Source: an uncultured Verrucomicrobiae bacterium (GTDB lineage Bacteria > Verrucomicrobiota > Verrucomicrobiia > Chthoniobacterales > Chthoniobacteraceae). From it: 64,000 bases of DNA. The translations under genes were made by a program, and so were the position numbers. The stretch spans positions 512,001 through 576,000 of the forward strand of contig CAWIKF010000001.1 of NCBI GenBank assembly GCA_963836755.1, in the 5' to 3' direction. The stretch's first letter is position 1; each line of letters begins with the position of its first letter. Of this stretch, positions 1 to 9,518 are shown piece after piece. Below the pieces are notes generated by a model that was not told where the DNA came from, ran no database searches, and saw only the letters and a list, made by a program, of their open reading frames with translations.

Positions 1-544
1 AAAATGGATAATCGCGCAGTCGCACCTGCTCGATCACTTCGTCGCTCGCGGACCAGGCTTCAATCTCGAGACCGTCACCGAGCCGATCAATCGCCTGGTG
101 ATGCGAGCTGTTGACGTTTGCAAAACGATGTGTCGCGTGCTGCGCGAAGCGAAGCGGCTGGATATTTTGCAGTTTTTGCTCCGGCGCATCGTGGCCGCGG
201 ATGTCGAGATGCAACCTGCCGCCGAGCGCGACGTTGAGCACTTGATGGCCTTTGCAAATGGCGAGCACCGGCTGCCCGGCTGCGAGCGCCGTGCGCACGG
301 CGTCGAACTCCCATGTATCGCGCGATGGCTCCGGATCCTTGATTACATCAGGGTTTGCGACGGGCTGGTGTAAAAACTCGCGCGAAATATCCGGCCCGCC
401 CGAAAGCAGCAGCCCGTCCATTTCACTGGAATCAAAGTTCGGATCGCGGCGCGCGTTGAAAACTTCCAGCGCCGGCTGCATGTCGAAAAATCTTTGGAAC
501 GGCGCCTCGTCGCTTTCACGAATCCATGTGGCCAGTTTCGGCAT
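1..544 (-). CDS. Peptidase C26 / gamma-glutamyl-GABA hydrolase-like glutamine amidotransferase (3' end runs off the window)
   Basis: Not in the ORF track. Manual minus-strand translation from ATG at 544: MPKLATWIRE...DGLLLSGGPDI...VLAICKGHQVLNVALGG...VNSSHHQAIDRLGDGLEIEAWS...VIEQV, which carries the class I GATase nucleophile elbow and the VNSxHHQA motif. Confidence 0.85.
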   Translation of the reverse strand, partial: MPKLATWIRESDEAPFQRFFDMQPALEVFNARRDPNFDSSEMDGLLLSGGPDISREFLHQPVANPDVIKDPEPSRDTWEFDAVRTALAAGQPVLAICKGHQVLNVALGGRLHLDIRGHDAPEQKLQNIQPLRFAQHATHRFANVNSSHHQAIDRLGDGLEIEAWSASDEVIEQVRLRDYPF

Positions 545-592
545 TTCGGATTATGCCGCAGGCCGGCTCCGTGCGCGAACGCATTTTTTTAA

Positions 593-976
<384 letters not shown>

Positions 977-1000
977 GCGCAACAACTTTTTCGCAACCGC

Positions 1001-1858
1001 TTGCACGACTATCTATTGTCGTTGCTCCTCGGCGTCGTCGAGGGCGTCACGGAATTCCTTCCCGTCAGCTCGACGGCGCACCTGCGCATCGCCGAGCAAC
1101 TTCTCGGCATCGGCCTGCACGATGGCTTTTGGAAGATGTATTCCATCGTCATCCAGCTCGGCGCAATCCTCGCCGTGCCGCTCTACTTTCGCGCGCGCAT
1201 CGCGAAGTTTCTCGGGACTTTTCCCCAAGGCGAACGCGGTGATCGCAACGTGCTCACGCATCCGCTGAGCCTCACGCTGCTCGCTTTCGTCGTGACGGCC
1301 GTGCCTGCGTTTTTGCTGACGAAGATCATCGGGAAAAATCTCGAGAGCCTTTATGTGATGGCGACTGCGCTTCTTATCGGCGGCATCGTGATGTGGCTGG
1401 TCGACGCACTTTGCAAAAATCCGCGCGTGACGCACATGGAGGAGATGAGCCTGCCGCAAGCGGTCTGGATCGGTGCGTGCCAGATTTTGTCCGCGGTTTT
1501 TCCTGGCACCTCGCGCTCGATGTCGACTATCGCCGCCGGCCAGCTCGCCGGAATGTCGCGCGCGACCGCGCTCGAGTTTTCGTTTTTTCTTTCGATCCCG
1601 ACGATGATCGTCGCGACCGGCTATGACTTGCTAAAAACCGTGATGCCGCATCATCACGCAGGCGCCGAGGCGATCGCGCCCGTCGCCATTCACGGTCACG
1701 AATGGATCGTGCTCGCGATCGGCTTTGTCGTTTCGTTCATCGTCGCGCTCGGGGTGATTGCGTGGTTTATGAACTGGGTGCGCAGCCGTGGTTTCGCGCC
1801 GTTCGCCATCTACCGCATTCTGCTCGGCGTCGCGCTTTTCGTTTATTTGGTGCGCTAG
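1001..1858 (+). CDS. uppP: Undecaprenyl-diphosphate phosphatase
   Basis: GVVEGVTEFLPVSSTAHL and FPGTSRSMSTI motifs; TTG start; multi-TM. Confidence 0.95.
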   Translation: MHDYLLSLLLGVVEGVTEFLPVSSTAHLRIAEQLLGIGLHDGFWKMYSIVIQLGAILAVPLYFRARIAKFLGTFPQGERGDRNVLTHPLSLTLLAFVVTAVPAFLLTKIIGKNLESLYVMATALLIGGIVMWLVDALCKNPRVTHMEEMSLPQAVWIGACQILSAVFPGTSRSMSTIAAGQLAGMSRATALEFSFFLSIPTMIVATGYDLLKTVMPHHHAGAEAIAPVAIHGHEWIVLAIGFVVSFIVALGVIAWFMNWVRSRGFAPFAIYRILLGVALFVYLVR

Positions 1859-2126
1859 TTCAGCGAGCGACGCAAAAAAAAATTAGCCGGCGAATGCGCG
1901 GCGAAGCTCCGCGATGTCGAGCTTCTTCATCGTGAGCAATGCCGCAAAGGCGAGCTGAACTTTGGTCGGATCGGGATCGGCAAACATTTCCTCCATGCCG
2001 CGCGGCGTGACTTGCCATGAGAGGCCAAATTTAAAGCTTTTCCAATTAGGACTTGCCACGAATCGGAGTCACTTTTATTCCATACGAACTCTCGCCATTT
2101 CGCGTCAGGATTCCCTTCCATCAGCC

Positions 2127-3230
2127 ATGAAAATTTCAGCTCTCGTTCTTTCGTCGTCTTTCAAACTTTGCGCCGTCGGCATTGCGCTTTGCAGCGCCTC
2201 TGTCACGAGTCACGCCGAGGAGCCGACAAAAACTTTCATCGATTACTTTTTGCCGACACCCATCGTCGGCCCGCTCTCAAAGGACGCGTGGGGCGCGGCG
2301 GCTGTCGGCCCGCGTGATCCAAAGAATGGTCTCGAGGATTCGACGATGAAGAAGTGGGATTATTGGGACGGGAAAATCATCAAAGGTCCGGACGGGCGCT
2401 ACCACATGTTCGCGAGCCGCTGGGATCAAGCGCTCGGGCATTATGCGTGGCACACGTCGAAGGCGGTGCACTCTGTCAGCGATAACTTGATCGGGCCTTA
2501 CATCGAGAAGGGCCTCTGCTGGCCGGACGACGAGGGCGGTAAAGGCCACAACGTCACGGCGCTCGTGCTGCCGGATGGACGTTACGCCGTGGTCGTCAGT
2601 GAGACGCGGCCTGGCGATGTTTTTGTTTCCAAGTCACTCGACGGACCATGGGAGCATCTCGGGAAAATCACGGTAGCGCCGGGCGAGTTCAGCACTCTGG
2701 GCCGCATGTCGAATGTCAGCGTGATGGTGCGGCCCGATGGAGACTTTGAAATCGTGCCGCGTTCGGGCGCAATCATGATCAGCAAAAGCGGCATCCTCGG
2801 CCCTTACGTCGTCCAAGGTCCCAGCATTTATCCAAACTTGCCGGGACTGCCGCAGGTGAAATTGCACGCGCTGGAGGATCCGGTTGTCTGGTTTAGCGGC
2901 GGCCTTTACCACGTCGTCGTCAATAACTGGGACGAGCGGAAAGCGTATCACCTCACGTCAGTGGATGGGATTCACGACTGGAAATTCCGTGGCCTCGCCT
3001 ACGATCCGACGAAGGATTTCATACGCTACACGGACGGCACCGTGAATCATTGGAACAAACTCGAGCGGCCGAATGTCTACATCGAAGATGGACACGTGGT
3101 CGCCGTTACGCTCGCGGTTATCGACGTTCCGAAAGATGCAGAAAAAGGCAACGACGGGCACGGGAGCAAAGTCATCGTGATCCCGTTCGATGGGGCAGCG
3201 ATGGATCGCGAGCTCAAAGCTGCGAAGTAG
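2127..3230 (+). CDS. Secreted glycoside hydrolase-like protein (GH43-like beta-propeller)
   Basis: Signal peptide MKISALVL...SHA; WDYWDGKIIKGPDGRYHMFASRW, EDPVVW and KLERP motifs. Start moved to ATG 2127. Confidence 0.7.
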   Translation: MKISALVLSSSFKLCAVGIALCSASVTSHAEEPTKTFIDYFLPTPIVGPLSKDAWGAAAVGPRDPKNGLEDSTMKKWDYWDGKIIKGPDGRYHMFASRWDQALGHYAWHTSKAVHSVSDNLIGPYIEKGLCWPDDEGGKGHNVTALVLPDGRYAVVVSETRPGDVFVSKSLDGPWEHLGKITVAPGEFSTLGRMSNVSVMVRPDGDFEIVPRSGAIMISKSGILGPYVVQGPSIYPNLPGLPQVKLHALEDPVVWFSGGLYHVVVNNWDERKAYHLTSVDGIHDWKFRGLAYDPTKDFIRYTDGTVNHWNKLERPNVYIEDGHVVAVTLAVIDVPKDAEKGNDGHGSKVIVIPFDGAAMDRELKAAK

Positions 3231-3236
3231 TTTTCT

Positions 3237-3485
3237 TTAAACTCTCCGCGGGGTGCGCCCGACGAAAAAGTAGATCAGCGCGCCGAGGATGTGCAGGAAG
3301 AAAATCACGAGAAGCCAGATGATTTTCTCCACGGCTTCCCGCGAGCTGGTGAGGCAATCAATCAGCATCCAGATCCAGAACACCGAGGCGAGCAGCGCGA
3401 GGAGCAGCATGACCAAACCGAAGCCGGCAAATCCAGCGCCAAGCGCCCGCGCGCCAGCATCCTGTGCGAGAAAGAATACGTTCAT
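3237..3485 (-). CDS. Small membrane protein, PLDc N-terminal domain
   Basis: FWIWMLIDC...EKIIWLLVIFFLHILGALIYFFVGR pattern. Confidence 0.8.
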   Translation of the reverse strand: MNVFFLAQDAGARALGAGFAGFGLVMLLLALLASVFWIWMLIDCLTSSREAVEKIIWLLVIFFLHILGALIYFFVGRTPRRV

Positions 3486-3554
3486 GAAGGCCGAGTCTGT
3501 GCGGCGGCCTGCGGCAAAGCAAGCTCGCTAAAATCGCGCCCAAATCCCGCGCGC

Positions 3555-3818
3555 CTAGTTGTCGGTGCGGTCGGAGCCGTGCTGCTTCACGAGCTTGTTG
3601 TAAATGCCAAAGAGAAGAAACGGCGCGACCCATTGGCCGACGAAAAGTGCGTTGTGAGTCTTGCCGAGAATGCGCATCACCATCGAAGCGGCTATTGAGC
3701 CGAGCGCCAGCCAGAGAAAAGTATCGGATGGCAGCTTCGCGGTTTGTTCTTCAATGGCGCGAGCGATTTCTCCCTCGCGATGGTCGTGACGGCTTGGCTT
3801 GGTGGTGGTGGAAATCAT
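3555..3818 (-). CDS. Conserved small membrane hypothetical protein
   Basis: EGEIARAIEEQTAKLPSDTFLW...LFVGQWVAPFLLFGIYNKLVKQHGSD; two hydrophobic segments. Confidence 0.75.
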   Translation of the reverse strand: MISTTTKPSRHDHREGEIARAIEEQTAKLPSDTFLWLALGSIAASMVMRILGKTHNALFVGQWVAPFLLFGIYNKLVKQHGSDRTDN

Positions 3819-3873
3819 AACGATGAGGATTCGCTGGAACCGTGGCGCGTGGTTGTAAAATCAAACTCGAAAC

Positions 3874-4248
3874 TCAAAGTCCGCGCGGCGGGCTCACATA
3901 GGATGTGGGACTGGCGGACGGGACGGCGAGACGTGGGCTCGCACTTGGTGAAAAGTGCGGGCTCGATGAGGCGGTTGACACGGGCTTGTCAGTGCGGCGG
4001 GAAAGTTCGATCCAACTGTAACCGGCTGGGCGATCCGCAGTCGGCCAAAGGAGCCAGCTCTGGCCAGTGGCGGTGTCGAGCAGGACAGGATTGTCGGCGT
4101 GAGTGCCGCCTTTTTCGACGGAACTCAGACCGGACGCGGTATTGGAGATCTGCCACCGAGCGGTGGGAACCGCGGGGGGATCAGTCGCTGGTTTGCATGC
4201 GCCGAGGCTGGCGAGCGTGCTGAGGAGCAGGAGTCTTTGCCGCTTCAT
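3874..4248 (-). CDS. Hypothetical lipoprotein
   Basis: MKRQRLLLLSTLASLGAC lipobox; VLLDTATGQSW motif; follows cimA on the same strand. Confidence 0.55.
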   Translation of the reverse strand: MKRQRLLLLSTLASLGACKPATDPPAVPTARWQISNTASGLSSVEKGGTHADNPVLLDTATGQSWLLWPTADRPAGYSWIELSRRTDKPVSTASSSPHFSPSASPRLAVPSASPTSYVSPPRGL

Positions 4249-4275
4249 ACGTAATCCAATTCTCCCGCCCCGCGC

Positions 4276-5847
4276 TTATTCCTGCCGATCGCGAATGAGT
4301 TTAAACTCGAGGCTGTCGGCGAGAGCGAGGTAGCTCGCCTCGATGATGTTGTCAGAAACGCCCACGGTGCCCCAGCTTTCGTGGCCGTCAGTGGATTCGA
4401 TGAGGACGCGAGTCCGCGCGGCGGTGCCGTTTTTTCCGTCGAGGATGCGGACTTTGTAATCCTGCAATTTGACCGCATCGATCTGCGGGTAAAACGATCG
4501 CAGCGCGTCGCGCAGCGCCGCATCGAGTGCATTGACCGGTCCATCGCCAGCGGCCACCGTATAGTGCTCAACCCCATCCACGTGAAGTTTTACGGTAGCT
4601 TCGCAAGTGTTGCAAGAACCTGTTCCGGAACGGCGAAAACTGGTGTGGTATTCGAGCAAATTCCACATCGGTTTGTGATGCTGCAAGGTTTTTTGGATGA
4701 GCAGCGCGAGCGACCCTTCGGCGGCCTCGAATTCGTAGCCGTCGTTTTCGAGCTGTTTTACTCGCGTTAAAATTTCGCTGACTTCCGGCGCTCCTTTTTG
4801 CAAGTCAAAGCCGAGCTCCTTCGCTTTCACGAGAATGTTGCTCTGTCCGGAGAGATCGGAGACGACGGTGATGCGCTGATTACCGATGACGCCGGGATCG
4901 ACGTGCTCGTAACTGCGCGCGAGTTTTTGCACGGCGTGCACATGCTGGCCGCCCTTGTGCGTGAACGCCGCCGAGCCAACGTAAGGCGCGCGGATGTTGT
5001 GCGGCACGTTCGCGAGCTCGTCCACGAAAAGCGAAAGGTCGCGCAGCCGCGCGAGGTCCGGCACGACGGACGTGTCCATTTTTAACTGCAGATTCGCGGC
5101 GACGGTGATGAGGTTGCAATTGCCGACGCGCTCGCCGTAGCCGTTGATGGTCCCTTGCACCTGCACCGCGCCGGCGCCGATCGCAGCGAGCGCATTGGCG
5201 ACGCCGAGGCCGCAATCATTGTGCGTGTGGATGCCGACCGGCACGCCGAGATCGGCGATCACTTCGCGCGTGGTGTCGGCGACAAAATCGGGCAGGCTGC
5301 CGCCGTTCGTATCGCAAAGCACGATCAAGTCCGCGCCGGCTTCACGCGCCGCGCGCACCGTCTTGAGCGAGTAATCGCGGTCTTCCTTATAGCTGTCGAA
5401 AAAATGTTCGGCGTCGTAGATGACTTCGCGCCGGTGCTTTTTCAAATGCGCGACCGTATCGGCGATCATCGCCAGATTTTCCTCAAGCGAAACCTGAAAA
5501 ACTTCCGTCACGTGCAGCGGCCAGGTTTTGCCGACGAGACAGACGACGGGCGTCTCCGCATCGAGTAAAAGTTGCACCTGCGGATCGTCCTCCACTTTTA
5601 ATTTGCCGCGCCGCGTCGCGCCGAATGCCGCGATTTTCGCGTTCTTCCATTGCCGTTTTTTCGCCTCGAGAAAAAACTCGGCGTCCTTCGGATTCGAGCC
5701 CGGAAATCCGCCCTCGATGTAGTGCACGCCGAACGCGTCCAGCTTTTCTGCGACGCGGATTTTATCGACGACGCTGAACGAAATCCCGGTGCCCTGCGTG
5801 CCGTCGCGCAGTGTCGTATCGTAAAGGGTGACCGTCGGTTTTTGCAT
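4276..5847 (-). CDS. cimA: Citramalate synthase
   Basis: YDTTLRDGTQG, HTHND, GYGERVGN and C-terminal GDGPVNALD...DYKVRIL regulatory domain. Start at MQKP (5847). Confidence 0.92.
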   Translation of the reverse strand: MQKPTVTLYDTTLRDGTQGTGISFSVVDKIRVAEKLDAFGVHYIEGGFPGSNPKDAEFFLEAKKRQWKNAKIAAFGATRRGKLKVEDDPQVQLLLDAETPVVCLVGKTWPLHVTEVFQVSLEENLAMIADTVAHLKKHRREVIYDAEHFFDSYKEDRDYSLKTVRAAREAGADLIVLCDTNGGSLPDFVADTTREVIADLGVPVGIHTHNDCGLGVANALAAIGAGAVQVQGTINGYGERVGNCNLITVAANLQLKMDTSVVPDLARLRDLSLFVDELANVPHNIRAPYVGSAAFTHKGGQHVHAVQKLARSYEHVDPGVIGNQRITVVSDLSGQSNILVKAKELGFDLQKGAPEVSEILTRVKQLENDGYEFEAAEGSLALLIQKTLQHHKPMWNLLEYHTSFRRSGTGSCNTCEATVKLHVDGVEHYTVAAGDGPVNALDAALRDALRSFYPQIDAVKLQDYKVRILDGKNGTAARTRVLIESTDGHESWGTVGVSDNIIEASYLALADSLEFKLIRDRQE

Positions 5848-5897
5848 GGCGGGAACGGTTCTTTTAATCCGCGCCCGCCCGCGATGCAAGCCGGCGA

Positions 5898-6104
5898 CTA
5901 CTCGGCCGTCGAGTGAGCCGCCGCGGTTTCTTCGGCACGGCCGGTCCAGCCGTCATGCGCGCGGCAGACGAGCAGTTGCGTCTCGGCTTGCGCCCAATGT
6001 TCGCGCTCGCGGCCTTCGGGGCGGCCTTCCAATTCCCAAATTAGATATGCGCACGCCGCGATCTGATCGTGTGTTGGCTGCCCCGTCGAGGGGGTCTCAT
6101 TCAT
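5898..6104 (-). CDS. DUF2934-like small protein
   Basis: IAACAYLIWELEGRPEGREREHWAQAE motif. Confidence 0.8.
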   Translation of the reverse strand: MNETPSTGQPTHDQIAACAYLIWELEGRPEGREREHWAQAETQLLVCRAHDGWTGRAEETAAAHSTAE

Positions 6105-6184
6105 AAAAAAACAGCACCATCTATTGAAGCAGAAATCAAGACAGCGCCAGGATCAGCGTCCGGAGAAGAAGGTCAGGAAAAGCC

Positions 6185-6799
6185 TTACCTCACAGGGTTT
6201 TGTTTCCGCACGAGCGCGATCATGACTCCTTGCGACACCAGTTCCTGCGCAGGGATCAAATCGGGATAGCGCGAATTCTCCGCTTTTAAAAAAGGCCGTC
6301 CTTGTTTGACGAGGTAACGCTTCAGCGTCGTCTCGCCATCGATCAGCGCCGCGACGATGTCGCCGTCGCGCGGCTCGCGCATTTCGAGGATCACAGTGTC
6401 GCCATCGAGAATGTGCGCGCCGAGCATCGAATCACCGCGGACACGCAGCGCGAAGGCGCGCGAGTTTTGACCCGCGCCGATCAAGGTTGCGTCGAGTGAA
6501 ATCATCTCATCGCTTTGCTGCTCGGCAAGTGCTGGCATTCCCGCGGCGATGTCGCCGAAAACTGGAATGTCCGCGATCGGCCCGCGATCGAGCATTGACG
6601 CGAGTGCGACCGCGCGCGCCTTTCCCGCCAGCCGCTGGATCACGCCTTTGCGCTCGAGCGCTTTTAGGTGATTGACGGCGGCGGTCTGGCTCGCAAAGCC
6701 GAAATGCTCCTGGATCTCGCGGGTCGAAGGCATGACGCCGCTGCGTTCGAGTTCGCTTTTTAAAAAGTCATAAACTTCCTGCTGGCGCGCGGTGAGCAT
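6185..6799 (-). CDS. lexA: SOS repressor LexA
   Basis: MLTARQQEV...PSTREI winged HTH; Ala-Gly cleavage site IAAGMP; catalytic Ser (GDSM) and Lys (TLKR). Confidence 0.95.
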   Translation of the reverse strand: MLTARQQEVYDFLKSELERSGVMPSTREIQEHFGFASQTAAVNHLKALERKGVIQRLAGKARAVALASMLDRGPIADIPVFGDIAAGMPALAEQQSDEMISLDATLIGAGQNSRAFALRVRGDSMLGAHILDGDTVILEMREPRDGDIVAALIDGETTLKRYLVKQGRPFLKAENSRYPDLIPAQELVSQGVMIALVRKQNPVR

Positions 6800-6802
6800 A
6801 AA

Positions 6803-6816
6803 TGTTCGCCCGAACA
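6803..6816. promoter_or_regulatory. LexA (SOS) box TGTTC-GCCC-GAACA
   Basis: Perfect TGTTC-N4-GAACA palindrome 3 bp upstream of the lexA ATG; this is the described Verrucomicrobia LexA motif. Confidence 0.9.
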
Positions 6817-6891
6817 CTAAGCACGCATTCTCGATTGTAAAACAAAAATGAGCTTGTCGCGCGCGCGCCTCCTGTTCAAAAACCTCGCCCC

Positions 6892-7641
6892 ATGAACGTG
6901 CTCATCCTTGCCGCCGGCTACGCCACCCGACTTTATCCGCTGACTCACAACAAAGCGAAGCCGCTGCTCGAGGTCGCCGGGAAACCGATGATCGAATGGG
7001 TGCTCGACAATCTCGCACCGATCCCGGACTTGGAAAAAGTTTACGTGGTTACGAACAACAAATTTGCGGCCGATTTCCAAAGCTGGGCGGACGAATATGT
7101 GCGGCGCCAGCCGAAGCTGAAATTCAAAATCGTCAACGACAACTCGACGAGCGATCAGGACAAACTCGGTGCGATCGGGGACATCAACCTCGTGGTCGCG
7201 CGTGAAAATCTCGCGCAGTCCGACCTCATCGTCGTCGCTGGCGACAATCTTTTCAGCGAGCCGCTCGCGGAATTTGCGGAGCAGGCGAAGAAATCAAAAG
7301 CCACGATCGCGACTTATGACGTGGGCGATCTTGAGGCGATCAAGAAGTATAACAACATTGAAACAGACGCCAACGGAGTGGTAACGCACTTTGAGGAAAA
7401 ACCGAAAGAGCCGAAGAGCACAATCACCGGCATCGCGCTCTACTATTTTTCAAAGGAAATCATCCCGATGTTCACCACCTACATCGACGAGGGCAACAAT
7501 CCCGACCAGCCCGGGCGCTTCATTCAATGGCTTTACCAGCGCCAGCCGGTGCAGACTTACCTAGTCAACGGGACGTGGTTCGACATCGGCAGCAAAGAGA
7601 CGCTCGAGGAAGCGAATACGATCTTCGCGAAGTTCGCGTAA
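6892..7641 (+). CDS. Sugar-phosphate nucleotidyltransferase family protein
   Basis: ILAAGYATRLYPLT...KPLL, AGDNLF, FEEKP and WFDIG motifs. Confidence 0.9.
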   Translation: MNVLILAAGYATRLYPLTHNKAKPLLEVAGKPMIEWVLDNLAPIPDLEKVYVVTNNKFAADFQSWADEYVRRQPKLKFKIVNDNSTSDQDKLGAIGDINLVVARENLAQSDLIVVAGDNLFSEPLAEFAEQAKKSKATIATYDVGDLEAIKKYNNIETDANGVVTHFEEKPKEPKSTITGIALYYFSKEIIPMFTTYIDEGNNPDQPGRFIQWLYQRQPVQTYLVNGTWFDIGSKETLEEANTIFAKFA

Positions 7642-7705
7642 AAGTTCGTGAGATTTTTGCTCGCGAGCATCGACAGCGTGCGCTCGCGTTTGCCAGACTG
7701 AAGCA

Positions 7706-9022
7706 TTGTCTGACCTTCCTTCCACGGGTCATCCCGCTTATCCTCCTGGGTTCCGCGCACGCCGCGGGCTGAACTGGGGCTTCATTGGGTTGTTATACAC
7801 ATCGTTCTACATGTGTCGCTACAACCTCTCGCTCGCGAATGGAAAAATCAGCGGCGAGTTCGGCTTTTCGAAGGAACAAATGGGCGCGATCATCAGCACC
7901 GCGCTCGCCGCCTACGCATGCGGCCAGATCATCAACGGCCTGATCACCGACCGCATTGGCGGCAAAAAAGCGATGCTCATCGGGGCGGCGGGCACGATTG
8001 TGATGAACACGATTTTCGGCGTTGCGTCGTTCTGGGGATTGCTCTGGCTCTTCGTTCTGATCCGCGGCGTCGACGGTTATTTTCAAGCGTTCGGCGCGCC
8101 GGGTATGATCAAAGTCAACGCCTCGTGGTTCAGCCACACCGAGCGCGGGCGCTTTGCCGGCATCTTCGGATTCATGATCAATCTCGGGCGCTTCGGCATC
8201 TTCACGCTCGGCCCCGCGCTGCTCGGCGGATTCGTTTTCATGGGGATGTTAAAAATCCCGCCGCTCCATTGGCGCTGGCTCTTTTGGATTCCCGCGTGCA
8301 TCGCCACCGTCGCGGCCATTTTCATGGCAATCTTTGTGAAGGACACCCCCGAGGAAGCGCGTTTTCCTGCCGTCAATCCCGACGAACAAGGCGGTGCCGC
8401 CGCTGTCCGCGCGAGCGTCTGGAGCGTCTTCACCACCATCATCAGCAATCCCGTCATCTGGGTCATCGCCGCCGCCTACGCCTGCACCGGGTCGGTGCGG
8501 CAGGGGATCGACCAATGGTTCCCGCGTTACATGCAGGAAGTGCATCACGTGAATTATCAAAGCGTGCAGTTTCAGTTCCTCGGCTTCCTCATTCCATTCG
8601 TCGCATCGGCCGGCTCGCTCATTTCCGGCTACGTCTCGGACACGCTATTCAAAGGCCGTCGCGCGCCGGTCGCAGCCGGCCTTTACTTCATTGAAACGCT
8701 GGTGATTCTCGCCGCGGCGCAAATCCATTCCGCGAATGCAGCCGTCTTTTTTCTAGTCCTGATTTCGTTCACTGCAAACGCCACGCATTCCATTCTCGGC
8801 ACCGCCGCTGCTATGGATGTCGGCGGCGCAAAAATGGCCGGGTTTGCCTCCGGCCTCATCGACAGTTTCCAATACTTTGGCGGCAGCCTTGCCGGCTATT
8901 TTCTCGGGCTGCTTTTGGACAAAAGCTGGGGCTACTACTTTTACTTCATGGCACCGTTTGGCGTCATCGGGGGTTGCCTGATGCTCACGATTCTCGGCCG
9001 CGTGAACTTGCAGAAAAAGTAA
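7706..9022 (+). CDS. MFS transporter (organophosphate:Pi antiporter, GlpT-like)
   Basis: YMCRYNLS, NGLITDRIGGK, WFSHTERG and KDTPEE motifs; about 12 TM. Confidence 0.85.
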   Translation: MSDLPSTGHPAYPPGFRARRGLNWGFIGLLYTSFYMCRYNLSLANGKISGEFGFSKEQMGAIISTALAAYACGQIINGLITDRIGGKKAMLIGAAGTIVMNTIFGVASFWGLLWLFVLIRGVDGYFQAFGAPGMIKVNASWFSHTERGRFAGIFGFMINLGRFGIFTLGPALLGGFVFMGMLKIPPLHWRWLFWIPACIATVAAIFMAIFVKDTPEEARFPAVNPDEQGGAAAVRASVWSVFTTIISNPVIWVIAAAYACTGSVRQGIDQWFPRYMQEVHHVNYQSVQFQFLGFLIPFVASAGSLISGYVSDTLFKGRRAPVAAGLYFIETLVILAAAQIHSANAAVFFLVLISFTANATHSILGTAAAMDVGGAKMAGFASGLIDSFQYFGGSLAGYFLGLLLDKSWGYYFYFMAPFGVIGGCLMLTILGRVNLQKK

Positions 9023-9050
9023 ACGGCCAGCGCGATTTCGCGCGTCAAAG

Positions 9051-9518
9051 TTACTCTGGAGTCTTCCGCATGTTCGGCGGGAGTTCCACGATCTCGAACC
9101 AATATTTTTCCAGCGTCTGCAGAATATCGACGAGCGCCGCAAAGGTAACCGGCTTCACGATGTAGGAGTTGACGCCGAGATCGTAGCTGCGGAAAACATC
9201 TTCGTCGGCTTTTGAAGTCGTCAGCACTGTCACCGGGATTTGCCGGAGCTCCGGATCGGCTTTGATTTCCTTCAAAGCCGTGCGCCCATCTTTGCGCGGC
9301 ATGTTCAAATCGAGCAGGATCAAGCCGGGTCTCGGCGAGGTTTCCTCGTCGCTAAATCTGCCTTCGTGCCGCAAATATTCGAGCAGTTCCTCGCCATTTT
9401 CCACGAAGCGCAAATCGTTCGCGAGGCGGCTGTCTTCCAGCGCATCTTTTGTTAATTGACGGTCGTCCGCGTCGTCATCAGCCATTAAAATCGTTATCGG
9501 ATTGCCGTGCATCTTCAT
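9051..9518 (-). CDS. Single-domain response regulator (Rcp1-like)
   Basis: ILMADDD, ILLDLNMPRKDG, LTTS, NSYIVKP. Confidence 0.92.
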   Translation of the reverse strand: MKMHGNPITILMADDDADDRQLTKDALEDSRLANDLRFVENGEELLEYLRHEGRFSDEETSPRPGLILLDLNMPRKDGRTALKEIKADPELRQIPVTVLTTSKADEDVFRSYDLGVNSYIVKPVTFAALVDILQTLEKYWFEIVELPPNMRKTPE

